Part shown: positions 7,510 to 15,599 of the stretch, piece by piece
Layout: the number at the start of each line of letters is the position of its first letter
Position numbering within the stretch: the first letter of the stretch is position 1
Source: an uncultured Bacteroidales bacterium
GTDB lineage: Bacteria; Bacteroidota; Bacteroidia; Bacteroidales; UBA932
NCBI GenBank assembly: GCA_944323445.1
Contig: CALUSM010000024.1
Coordinates: 1-32,000 of the forward strand
Direction: 5' to 3'
Length of the DNA stretch: 32,000 nt
Notes under the pieces: model-generated
What the model was told of the DNA's origin: nothing
Databases searched by the model: none
Seen by the model: only the letters and a program-made list of their open reading frames with translations
Translations under genes and position numbers: made by a program

Positions 7510-7937
7510 GACTCTACCTGTTTATATGTTCTCACTACCAGTTTGAGCGCGATGGCACAGTCTATCATCTCCCGTTTAAGAGCGTTCTCGACTGCCTGGT
7601 CACATTTCGGCGTCTTGACAAAATCCTTCAATTCTGCAACGGATGATGGGAGCTTTACGTCATTTTTAGCATTGTTCTTAATCTTGGTGAATCCGTCCAT
7701 TTTCATCATCTTCAGCAGCACCTCCAGAATCACACCACGATTGACTTTGCCCGAGTCTTTGTCCTGGGCATAGATTATAATGGTGGGTTTCAGACCGCTC
7801 ATGGCAACAGAAACGGGGAAAGCAGACACGAGTCCGTCATACGAGGAGTTTATGGTCTTGTTTTTACTCAGCATACTGCTGCCGGCAAGCGCTTCATCCG
7901 CAATAGGTATCAGTTTGCTTATACGATTCTTATCCAT
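7506..7937 (-). CDS. cmr5: Cmr5 (type III-B small subunit)
   Basis: 143-aa protein with helical-looking sequence, sitting in the canonical position between cmr4 and cmr6. The call rests mainly on size and synteny. Confidence 0.65.
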   Translation of the reverse strand: MDKNRISKLIPIADEALAGSSMLSKNKTINSSYDGLVSAFPVSVAMSGLKPTIIIYAQDKDSGKVNRGVILEVLLKMMKMDGFTKIKNNAKNDVKLPSSVAELKDFVKTPKCDQAVENALKREMIDCAIALKLVVRTYKQVES

Positions 7938-7949
7938 AGTCTGTCCTCC

Positions 7950-8642
7950 CTATACTATCTTGGTTATCCTGCAATATCCGTATCCGATGGTAGCATTGGC
8001 GCCTATCTGCACCAGCGAACCGTCCAGAATCTCTGTAAACCCTCCTACATCCCCACTGGTAAAGAAATACAGTACGGTCTTCGAGGGCAGCACCTGCTCG
8101 TTCCATAGATTGGTACTGAGACCGTTTTCAAGGCAATTCCTGGCGACAATGGGCAGATTCTCGTTATCGCACGCAGTGACAAAACTATCATTACTCATCA
8201 CCGTCCGGTCAAGATGGAAAAAGTCCTCATACTCGTAGGGATCATTGGGAAAGTTATCCCATTCAATACCGAGCATCTTATTTCTCTGAAGAAACAAGTT
8301 CACAACCTGACGGCTCGTCTCATAGTGATACAGTTTGTTGTCGTCCTGAACCGGAAGGAACAGAATATGCGCATCGAAGAAGATTACATTTCCCTTCTGC
8401 TGCTTCTTGTTCTCACCGCATTTATCGGAGCCGAATATGTCTATCCTCGTCCCCGAATCAATTTTCTTGAATTTGGTAAAATACTCATTTATTGCTCCTT
8501 TAAGCGAGCTGGAATTGATGCAGGGAAGGTTAGTAAGGGGGTCGCGCTGTACCGCCTTGTCGATGATACCGTAGTTGGAGCTGTTCTCGTTGCCCACATG
8601 CAGATTGGTTTCGGCTGTTATAAGCCAGAGATGACTGTTCAT
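7950..8642 (-). CDS. cmr4: Cmr4 (type III-B backbone RAMP, target-RNA cleaving subunit)
   Basis: 230 aa. The N-terminus WLITAETNLHVGNENSSNYGIIDKAVQRDPLTNLPCINSSSLKGAINEYF fits the Cmr4/Csm3 pattern including the acidic catalytic position. C-terminal G-rich loop IGANATIGYGYCRI. Confidence 0.85.
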   Translation of the reverse strand: MNSHLWLITAETNLHVGNENSSNYGIIDKAVQRDPLTNLPCINSSSLKGAINEYFTKFKKIDSGTRIDIFGSDKCGENKKQQKGNVIFFDAHILFLPVQDDNKLYHYETSRQVVNLFLQRNKMLGIEWDNFPNDPYEYEDFFHLDRTVMSNDSFVTACDNENLPIVARNCLENGLSTNLWNEQVLPSKTVLYFFTSGDVGGFTEILDGSLVQIGANATIGYGYCRITKIV

Positions 8643-8657
8643 ATCGATTTGCGTTTT

Positions 8658-9791
8658 TTATAATTTGTCTATTCTGTATTGATTATATCCTATCTGACGG
8701 AAATTTTGCGCCGACTCAACGGCATCCACAAACTTCCGAGCATTCTCAGGTCCGGAAAAATAAAACACTGAGCCTGCGCTGAAAAGGTCGTACCGGGAAC
8801 TCTGCTTAAGTCCTCCGTCCGACACGTTATAAGACGTGGTCTTACGTACATCCGAGTTGAGGTGTCTGAAAGGAACCGTTTCAGTTATAGCAAAATCCGG
8901 CAGCGACATTGCATCACCTACCTTGATAAATGAGGGCGAAGTCAGCGATATCCTGACCGCAGTCGTCTGCTCTTCCTGCATAATGGATTCCGGCAGCCAG
9001 CTATCCGCCGGCTCAACGCCTATTCTGAACATGGAGTTGTCCGCCCCGACGGACACTGTCTCTCCATTGAAGGAAAGAATGTCCGCGCAGTCTTCCATCT
9101 CCACATAGAACGCGAACACATAGTAGGAGCCGTTGGCCTGCTTGGCAAAACGGTAATTGATCTGCTTGTACATAGCATTGTCGCCCACCTTTCCGGTATC
9201 CAGATCACGGCTGATGCCCATGCGCCGGTCCTCCGCAAACACCTTGCCCATACCTACTGTTTTTCCACTGCCAGATGCAATAAGATACCGGCCGTAAGCA
9301 TAGCCCTTCTTCTCCGGATAGTTCTGCTTCCGGATAAGGGCCGGAAGCACTTTTTGTTGTCCGTTATACCACCCGTTCTCCTGGCCGTTGCTGAAATCCA
9401 CATTGAACTCAGAGTCAAACGGAGCGGGGAAGAGATTCCTGCAGAAGTTCCCGTTCCCCTGATACTCCCGTATGAAGCACTCGGACAGACGGAGAATCTG
9501 ACCGTATCCGCTGCCTCTGTCGGCAGAGAAGCTGTGTCCGCCGATCAAGCTTAATGCTCCGTCCGGGTCAGTAATCTTACTCCCGTCGAAATATTTGCTG
9601 TGGCGCAGGAGGAAGAAGCGCATCATACCCAGCAGGGATGTCTGCTGAGGAAAATAACCGGACTTGATAATGTAGCTGATTTCAGGAGCGGATTTCTTCC
9701 CGTTTTCCTGAATGCCTGTCGAGAATTTCATCTCTCCTCCGAAGAAAAACTTATCCACCGGAGTCAATGTTATCAGATAATACTTACTCAT
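8658..9791 (-). CDS. cmr3: Cmr3
   Basis: 377 aa. The N-terminus YYLITLTPVDKFFFGGEMKF is Cmr3-like. It lies directly after cas10 with an 8-nt overlap. Confidence 0.8.
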   Translation of the reverse strand: MSKYYLITLTPVDKFFFGGEMKFSTGIQENGKKSAPEISYIIKSGYFPQQTSLLGMMRFFLLRHSKYFDGSKITDPDGALSLIGGHSFSADRGSGYGQILRLSECFIREYQGNGNFCRNLFPAPFDSEFNVDFSNGQENGWYNGQQKVLPALIRKQNYPEKKGYAYGRYLIASGSGKTVGMGKVFAEDRRMGISRDLDTGKVGDNAMYKQINYRFAKQANGSYYVFAFYVEMEDCADILSFNGETVSVGADNSMFRIGVEPADSWLPESIMQEEQTTAVRISLTSPSFIKVGDAMSLPDFAITETVPFRHLNSDVRKTTSYNVSDGGLKQSSRYDLFSAGSVFYFSGPENARKFVDAVESAQNFRQIGYNQYRIDKL

Positions 9792-11259
9792 CTTTCGGAT
9801 CCTCCCCTTTTATAAATTTTGCCGTGCGCATCGCACTGTAGAGCATCGCCTCGTATCCTTCTTTCGGAAAACAATCATAAAGGCGTTCCATCATTTCCCG
9901 GACTGCCGCATGATATGACGAACCTCTGTCCTCCAGGATTTTTTCAAAGAGCATTTTCAGACGTTCATCCCGCAAAGCAGCGTCCTTTGTTTTCAATACC
10001 TGCGTCATCAGGGCTGCGTTCTCGCGGAGCTTGTGAGCCACAGCCGAGACTGTATTGCCGTCTTTCGTCTCATCTATCAGGGCATAGAATGCTTTGGACA
10101 GATTCTCGTCAGAGTTTGAGAATGCCGCTTCGAAACCGCTGCCGCTGTGCTTTGTCAGTTTCCATGCCACAGCATTCTTTCCGGATATTCCCTTAGCCTT
10201 GTTCAGGAGCGAGTCCGCCAGTTCCAAAGCCTCGTAAAGCGGGAACTTGTAATAGGAAATGGACAGTCCATAGGACATGGATGCCCTGATCGTATTTCCG
10301 TCCTTTTTCAGTCCTATGCCATCAATTTCATTTTTCACACCTTTAAAACACTCGGTGCTTATCTCTTTCAACAGCCTGAAAATATCCGTTCCGTCCTCCC
10401 CAACCACAGGCGCAATGAAGAGCAGGTCGTCACCGCCCGCATAAATCGGCAGACCTCCGAAGCCCTTTATCTTCTCCGATGCCAGACGCCCGAAACACAA
10501 AAGCGCATCAGAAATCTGCTCCAACTTTCCTTGCGGCAGATCCGGATGCGTCACCGTCGCACCGACCGAGTCTCCGTCCGCCTTGACTACGCAGATATAC
10601 TTGTGATAGGATTTATAATCTTCCCCGAACGTTTCCTTATAGGCATTCTCTTCAGCCCCGTCATTGTTGAGTAGATTGCTGAACCTATTCCATATCCCAA
10701 CATTTTCTTTTTTCTTTGACACTGCAGCTATCTCTCCCAAGGACGGAATATGGTGAGTATCTTCTCCATATACAAGGAGGAACAGCGGTCTCTGATCCAA
10801 CACTATCTTCATTACTCCCTCAGACAACGATTCAGGCTTAGGGAAATTCATAAGTTCCAGCTTATTGAGGGCATCATTGAGCATCCGCACCGCAACAGAG
10901 TCCGAGCCCGCCTGAACAGTGGCATGCATGATGTTGAAATACTGCCGGTCCAACAGTATTTTTCCATCGATATTCAGACTTGTCGAGAATGTCTGCCAGG
11001 CTTTCTTCTCTATGTCCCCGGCATCTACTGCACCCCGCACGAACAGACGGTCAGGATACAGACCTACCCCCTGTCGGAGCACGGTCCACGGCACTTCTGC
11101 CGGTGAAAGGACGGTACCCTTGGGGACATTGTCGCAAATGCATTTCATCAGATATGAGAACATGTAGCTCGCGGCCCACAGTTCTCTCGGACGGCGGCCC
11201 ATGATGAATGTGGTATATATCGGGCCGATATTGAACGCTGTGTATGTATTCATCGCCAT
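9784..11259 (-). CDS. cas10: Cas10/Cmr2, minimal form lacking the HD nuclease domain; cyclase/polymerase GGDD motif intact
   Basis: The likely start is ATG 11259-11257 (MAMNTYTAFNIGPIY...), forming TAATG with the cmr1 stop; the track ORF extends to 11322. FNIGPIYTTFIMGRRPRELWAASYMFSYL is the conserved post-HD Cmr2 motif and begins at residue ~9, so no HD domain can precede it. Palm2: VVKADGDSVG ... PIYAGGDDLLFIAP (GGDD encoded at 10426-10437). SMSYGLSISYYKFPLYEAL follows. Confidence 0.9.
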   Translation of the reverse strand: MAMNTYTAFNIGPIYTTFIMGRRPRELWAASYMFSYLMKCICDNVPKGTVLSPAEVPWTVLRQGVGLYPDRLFVRGAVDAGDIEKKAWQTFSTSLNIDGKILLDRQYFNIMHATVQAGSDSVAVRMLNDALNKLELMNFPKPESLSEGVMKIVLDQRPLFLLVYGEDTHHIPSLGEIAAVSKKKENVGIWNRFSNLLNNDGAEENAYKETFGEDYKSYHKYICVVKADGDSVGATVTHPDLPQGKLEQISDALLCFGRLASEKIKGFGGLPIYAGGDDLLFIAPVVGEDGTDIFRLLKEISTECFKGVKNEIDGIGLKKDGNTIRASMSYGLSISYYKFPLYEALELADSLLNKAKGISGKNAVAWKLTKHSGSGFEAAFSNSDENLSKAFYALIDETKDGNTVSAVAHKLRENAALMTQVLKTKDAALRDERLKMLFEKILEDRGSSYHAAVREMMERLYDCFPKEGYEAMLYSAMRTAKFIKGEDPKDE

Positions 11260-12587
11260 TAGTTTTGTTTCGGTTTGCTTAAGATAACTTCTCCTTTTCC
11301 ATTGCTGATAATGTTTTCCCATTTAATGTTTTTAGGAATCATTCTATAGCCATTCTTCTTATGATAAGAATCTATTAACTTTTTATAATCAATATACCTC
11401 ATGTCTGTCGGCATTTCCAATACTTCCCTTGACTTCTTCCTACACTCAAATCTGAATTTAACCGTACCTTTATCCCTCATACACTTTATTTCATCTTCAT
11501 TAAATAAAATATAAACTACAACACTTCCGGAATTAAAGACAGGCTTGAAAATAATTGGAGATGCCAGCCTGTCTATCCCTTTATTATTAGTCACGGATAC
11601 GGTATATTGATTTCTGTTGTATGAGTATCCGTTTGACGGATACCCCAACAAAGCTCTCGCAAAGATTGCTGTTCTTCCAGAATCATCATATGTGTCTTTC
11701 TTTCGGCCAAAGAACAAATTAAATTTCGTTTTTATAGCTTTTTTATCCCATGTTCTCTCGGGATTTTCATCTCTTACAAATTGATACAAATAGGATTTGA
11801 CATACGCCCCGCTACGTGGGTAATTTATACCTGACTTCAACGCCCTCCAATAGTAATCTATAACAGAGAACGTTTTATAGAACATAGACTGAGCCGCCAT
11901 ATCCTGTTTTAATGTAAATTCAAAATACTGATAGTTTTTAAGACGTTCCTTTATGTCCTGATCTATTTGGCGCACCTGCTCTCCATCATCATCCTTAACC
12001 TTCCATACAGTAAAACTTCCGAAACCTTTATCTGACCTCTGTCCGAAATTGTTCAGAGCAAAAAACTCTACGATGTTGTCTTTTATCAACTTCCTCAAAT
12101 ATTTTTCTTTGTCGCGCAGAATTTCTACCCGACCTTCTTTTTTCACACAGATTGAAATATTGATACTCAGCTCTACTGTACGCATTCTTTCTTTATCTTC
12201 CTTAACTATGCACAAATCAACATGTTTCGGCTCCCGTCCCATTGTACTCAGCACTAAAGGATAATTCATGTTCTTCAGTGTCACCGAAGTGTCCCTACCT
12301 TGAGCGGATATCTGCATCCTGTAGTTCAGGGCATTGAAACCCTCCTTGCAGAATCTGTTCCTCAATGCCCTTTGTTTTTGCGGATTAGGTGAATAGCCTA
12401 CAAGCAATTCCTCGCATTGCTCAAACTTTCCCTCCCGAGTTGTCCCTGGGAGCTTACTGATCAGGAACCTGTCCAGCTTCGGCTTTACCTCGGTGGCACG
12501 CAGCGTGGCACCTTCGCTGTCATACTGAAAATGCAGCAGCGGGGTATGCTGGATGAGTTTTACGTTAATTTCATTCTCTTTTCCCAT
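11259..12587 (-). CDS. cmr1: Cmr1 (RAMP)
   Basis: 442 aa. N-terminus HTPLLHFQ...GATLRATEVKPKLDRF, and the RAMP glycine loop NNFGQRSDKGFGSFTV. It sits upstream of cas10 as in cmr operons. Confidence 0.7.
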   Translation of the reverse strand: MGKENEINVKLIQHTPLLHFQYDSEGATLRATEVKPKLDRFLISKLPGTTREGKFEQCEELLVGYSPNPQKQRALRNRFCKEGFNALNYRMQISAQGRDTSVTLKNMNYPLVLSTMGREPKHVDLCIVKEDKERMRTVELSINISICVKKEGRVEILRDKEKYLRKLIKDNIVEFFALNNFGQRSDKGFGSFTVWKVKDDDGEQVRQIDQDIKERLKNYQYFEFTLKQDMAAQSMFYKTFSVIDYYWRALKSGINYPRSGAYVKSYLYQFVRDENPERTWDKKAIKTKFNLFFGRKKDTYDDSGRTAIFARALLGYPSNGYSYNRNQYTVSVTNNKGIDRLASPIIFKPVFNSGSVVVYILFNEDEIKCMRDKGTVKFRFECRKKSREVLEMPTDMRYIDYKKLIDSYHKKNGYRMIPKNIKWENIISNGKGEVILSKPKQN

Positions 12588-12588
12588 A

Positions 12589-14871
12589 TCATTTATTTTT
12601 TTGTTTCATAAGATGACTGATTAAACATCCCAATCCGGCACTCAATACTACCACGACACCGAAATACCACCAGAAGTCTGGAATAACGTCATGCCACTTA
12701 TTCATACCCAGGAGTCCTGCAACTAAAGAACCGGGGAGGAAGAACGCAGCCAGCATGTTAAGCCATTCTCCATTCTTATTGCGCCTGCTGTCTATCCTCA
12801 GGTCTATATAGCGGTTCAGCTCGTCTATCTCTCCGTCAAGGGCTTTTATCTGACGCTCGGTGTCAAACTGCCTGGATATCATCTCGTACAGCTCGATACC
12901 CTGATCCTGGGTGGTGACGCTGCGGAAGTATATCTGATTGATAAAGCGGATATAGCCCAGATACAGAGATTTGATAGGTTCTTCTATTTCTTTCAAGTCC
13001 TTTTTCAGGTTTATGTCCCGACATAACTTGGTAACTTCTCCGGAGAACCTCAGAAGGGAGGCGCGCTGGACTATCATCAGCTCGAAGAGACGGGCATATA
13101 TCGTCCGCATGTGCATGGCGATGACACTGGTGGAAAAACCGCTCTCGTCAGTCAATGCCACAAGCGAGTACCTTGATACTCCGTACAAAGTGCCGTAGTC
13201 CTTCCAGCGGGTATATGTGCTCTCGGACAGAAGACGGTCCCTCATCTCCTTGTCCTGACAAGAAGGACAGTTTCCCTCATCCAAAAATACGAACTTGTAC
13301 CAAGAATTCTTAAAACTATCATATTCTGCTATTTTCTGTGACAGTTCTTTGTTTCCGTACCAACAGTTTACCAGCATGCGGTCATCCACCACCGGCACGA
13401 CATCCATATCGGGGAAGATATCGTGTATAAGATTGAGAATCATGGACGACACAGTCCATGTATCATCCACGCCTTTCCGTTTCTCATCCTGTATATAACA
13501 GTAACGGAAATCATCTTTATATCTGTCCTGAGCATCCGACTGCAGACCCCGTATACTGATTGACTTAGCCAGCTGGCTACGCTGCCAGTCATTGAATTCT
13601 CCGGCATTAGGAGGCATGACTCTTCTGCCGTACTGATTGATATTTCTGACATCGGCCTCACTTTTCTGACTCTCTTTCTTATTGGCAAGATACAAAGTGA
13701 GGACACCTATTCCTGTAGAATAAATATTGAGATTTATGGATTCTACTTTCAGTTCATACTTTTTGTCCTTTACTTCTATCTCATACTTCACATCACGGGC
13801 TTCCGGCTCAAGTCTCTCATAATGGCGGAGTATATTGTTTTTCTCATCCATACTGTCATACAGTACCGGATGCACAAATTCGAAAAAGTACTGCTTCTCA
13901 CCGAAAAGCTCCGAGGCCTCCTTCATGGCCATAACATCCCGCTGCGGCACGCCCTTCCTTATCCTGGCCCGCCTCCATACCTTCTGTCCCGGAACCTCCT
14001 TAAGGCCGGCCACATCATACCTGTCCGTAAAAAGCTTACTACCAGTATCCTTAAAGCCCCATTTGAACGGAAAATAGAAAACATGATAGCTGTAGACCTT
14101 CCAATAACCTTTGACCTCCTTTAAAATATCTTCTGTCTCCGTTTCTCCCTTTATGCCTACGCCCCAGTAACCGTCCTCGCCGCCTCCGCTGTACAGACCG
14201 TCCCTTCCCTCAGGGAAAATCTTTTTCCTGACTTCAGCTGCATCCTTGCCATAGTAGCAAAGCTCAGTATCAGTACAAATCACCAATGCGACATAGGGAT
14301 AAAGCCAGTCGGATATAACTGAGAACACTCCCTTGAGAGACTGATATTCTTTAGGAACATTCACAATAGTCAAATCCCCAACGGAATCCTTTTTCGGCAG
14401 AATCTCCTTTTTCACCGTCTTCTCTGTTTCCTTGTCTATTCCCTGAGCCCTCCTGTCTTCCCTACGGATGTCCTCCACCTCCTGCGCCGTCGCCCCCTCC
14501 TTCAACATTCCTGGGATATATCGGGTGTCATTTGCCGCCACAAGCCTCATCCTATGGTCCATCCGCACTCCGAGGATTTCCGCCACCTGCTCCAGCGAAG
14601 ATGGACGGCAGTCCGCATCTCCGTGATGGTCTATGGATGTATAGTTTTCAGGTATCCGGACATCTTCCCGAAGCTCCACTCCATAAATCTGATATTCCTG
14701 CCGGTCCCCATATTTCCGGAGTTCCTCCTCATAATTTATGAGCGAAGCACTGCTCCACGAAAGATTTTTGTCAGAATACAGCAGGCCATCTCCTCTTCTC
14801 GCTTCTAAAAGCTCCTTTATGGTACACATCTCCAGATCGTGTCCCCCGAGCAGAAATACTTTTTTCTTCAT
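12589..14871 (-). CDS. corA: CRISPR-associated membrane effector: DHH/DHHA1 (NrN-like) phosphodiesterase domain fused to a CorA-type domain (2 C-terminal TM helices, GMN motif)
   Basis: 760 aa, inside the cas operon; its start overlaps the cas6 stop as ATGA at 14868-14871. DHH-type signatures in order: GGHDLE (aa 9-14), IDHH (aa 80-83, nt 14623-14634), AANDT (aa 112-116), SGGGEDG (aa 228-234). The C-terminus is WLNMLAAFFLPGSLVAGLLGMNKW...FWWYFGVVVVLSAGLGCLISHL, with GMN at aa 722-724 (nt 12700-12708). Confidence 0.8.
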   Translation of the reverse strand: MKKKVFLLGGHDLEMCTIKELLEARRGDGLLYSDKNLSWSSASLINYEEELRKYGDRQEYQIYGVELREDVRIPENYTSIDHHGDADCRPSSLEQVAEILGVRMDHRMRLVAANDTRYIPGMLKEGATAQEVEDIRREDRRAQGIDKETEKTVKKEILPKKDSVGDLTIVNVPKEYQSLKGVFSVISDWLYPYVALVICTDTELCYYGKDAAEVRKKIFPEGRDGLYSGGGEDGYWGVGIKGETETEDILKEVKGYWKVYSYHVFYFPFKWGFKDTGSKLFTDRYDVAGLKEVPGQKVWRRARIRKGVPQRDVMAMKEASELFGEKQYFFEFVHPVLYDSMDEKNNILRHYERLEPEARDVKYEIEVKDKKYELKVESINLNIYSTGIGVLTLYLANKKESQKSEADVRNINQYGRRVMPPNAGEFNDWQRSQLAKSISIRGLQSDAQDRYKDDFRYCYIQDEKRKGVDDTWTVSSMILNLIHDIFPDMDVVPVVDDRMLVNCWYGNKELSQKIAEYDSFKNSWYKFVFLDEGNCPSCQDKEMRDRLLSESTYTRWKDYGTLYGVSRYSLVALTDESGFSTSVIAMHMRTIYARLFELMIVQRASLLRFSGEVTKLCRDINLKKDLKEIEEPIKSLYLGYIRFINQIYFRSVTTQDQGIELYEMISRQFDTERQIKALDGEIDELNRYIDLRIDSRRNKNGEWLNMLAAFFLPGSLVAGLLGMNKWHDVIPDFWWYFGVVVVLSAGLGCLISHLMKQKNK

Positions 14872-15542
14872 ATCCGTTCTATAGATTTTATTGTTCCGAA
14901 CCCCGTACTGACGCCCTTGCCCAGACCTATGCCGGATGGCAGCATGACATTGCTTTTGAATGATATGTCCAGGCCTATGAAACCGACGCCCTTGTAGGAC
15001 AGCCGGTGCTGTCTGTGCATATCTGAAATGCGGCAGACCACTTCATCCCCGAAGAACAGCCCTACTCCCTTGGCGAAACTCAGGATATTGCCGGTAAGGA
15101 TGTTCTCGAGGAAGGATAACTTGTCGACCAGACTCTCGATAGCGCTGTAAACCTTGTAGTTATCCTCATTGAGCGGAATCCAGCCCGACATCTCGTAGGA
15201 CACAGGCTCCTTCACTATAGCGACCTCGACAGTCTCCTCCCTCACCGAGTCGAGAAAAAGATCGACCGGATGTCCTCCCAATACTACCCGGCTGCTGTAG
15301 TTCGAGAAGTAATCCTGAAGTGCGGCACTGCCCTGCTCTATGCCGATGATCGCTGCACGGCCGTCCAGCACTTTGTACTGCACAAGAGGATAAGAGTACC
15401 TCAGGCCGTCACCTATATGATTGTGAAACATGACATTGTCCTGCTTAAGGCAGTTGATTACAGCTCCACGGAACCGTGGAATCCAGGACCTCGGGACAGT
15501 ATTTCCAAAAAGGACAGTAGTAATGGTGAGGTTCTTCTTCAT
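14868..15542 (-). CDS. cas6: Cas6 crRNA-processing endoribonuclease
   Basis: 224 aa. IPRFRGAVINCL...FHNH...LRYSYPLVQYKVLDGRAAIIGI is typical of the Bacteroidetes Cas6 family. C-terminal glycine-rich loop GIGLGKGVSTGFGTI. It is the first gene of the cmr operon. Confidence 0.8.
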   Translation of the reverse strand: MKKNLTITTVLFGNTVPRSWIPRFRGAVINCLKQDNVMFHNHIGDGLRYSYPLVQYKVLDGRAAIIGIEQGSAALQDYFSNYSSRVVLGGHPVDLFLDSVREETVEVAIVKEPVSYEMSGWIPLNEDNYKVYSAIESLVDKLSFLENILTGNILSFAKGVGLFFGDEVVCRISDMHRQHRLSYKGVGFIGLDISFKSNVMLPSGIGLGKGVSTGFGTIKSIERI

Positions 15543-15570
15543 AGTTCATGCGAATATAGCGATATTTATT

Positions 15571-15578
15571 TAACTTTG
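15571..15578 (+). promoter_or_regulatory. -7 promoter box (TAACTTTG) for the deoxynucleoside kinase gene
   Basis: Exact TAnnTTTG match 22 nt upstream of ATG 15600. It is part of the near-palindrome TAACTTTGCAAAAGTTA (15571-15587), whose - strand reads TAACTTTTG toward cas6. Confidence 0.45.
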
Positions 15579-15599
15579 CAAAAGTTAAAATCTAAGAAT

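Noticed and set aside
11260-11322. 21-codon N-terminal extension of cas10 (MGKHYQQWKRRSYLKQTETKL)
   Set aside because: It overlaps the cmr1 3' end. The ATG at 11259 forms a TAATG stop-start junction and yields a typical Cmr2 N-terminus.
15270-15599. 110-codon N-terminal extension of the kinase ORF
   Set aside because: The extension is antisense to cas6 and crosses the intergenic promoter. The kinase P-loop starts right after ATG 15600, which is preceded by a TAnnTTTG box.
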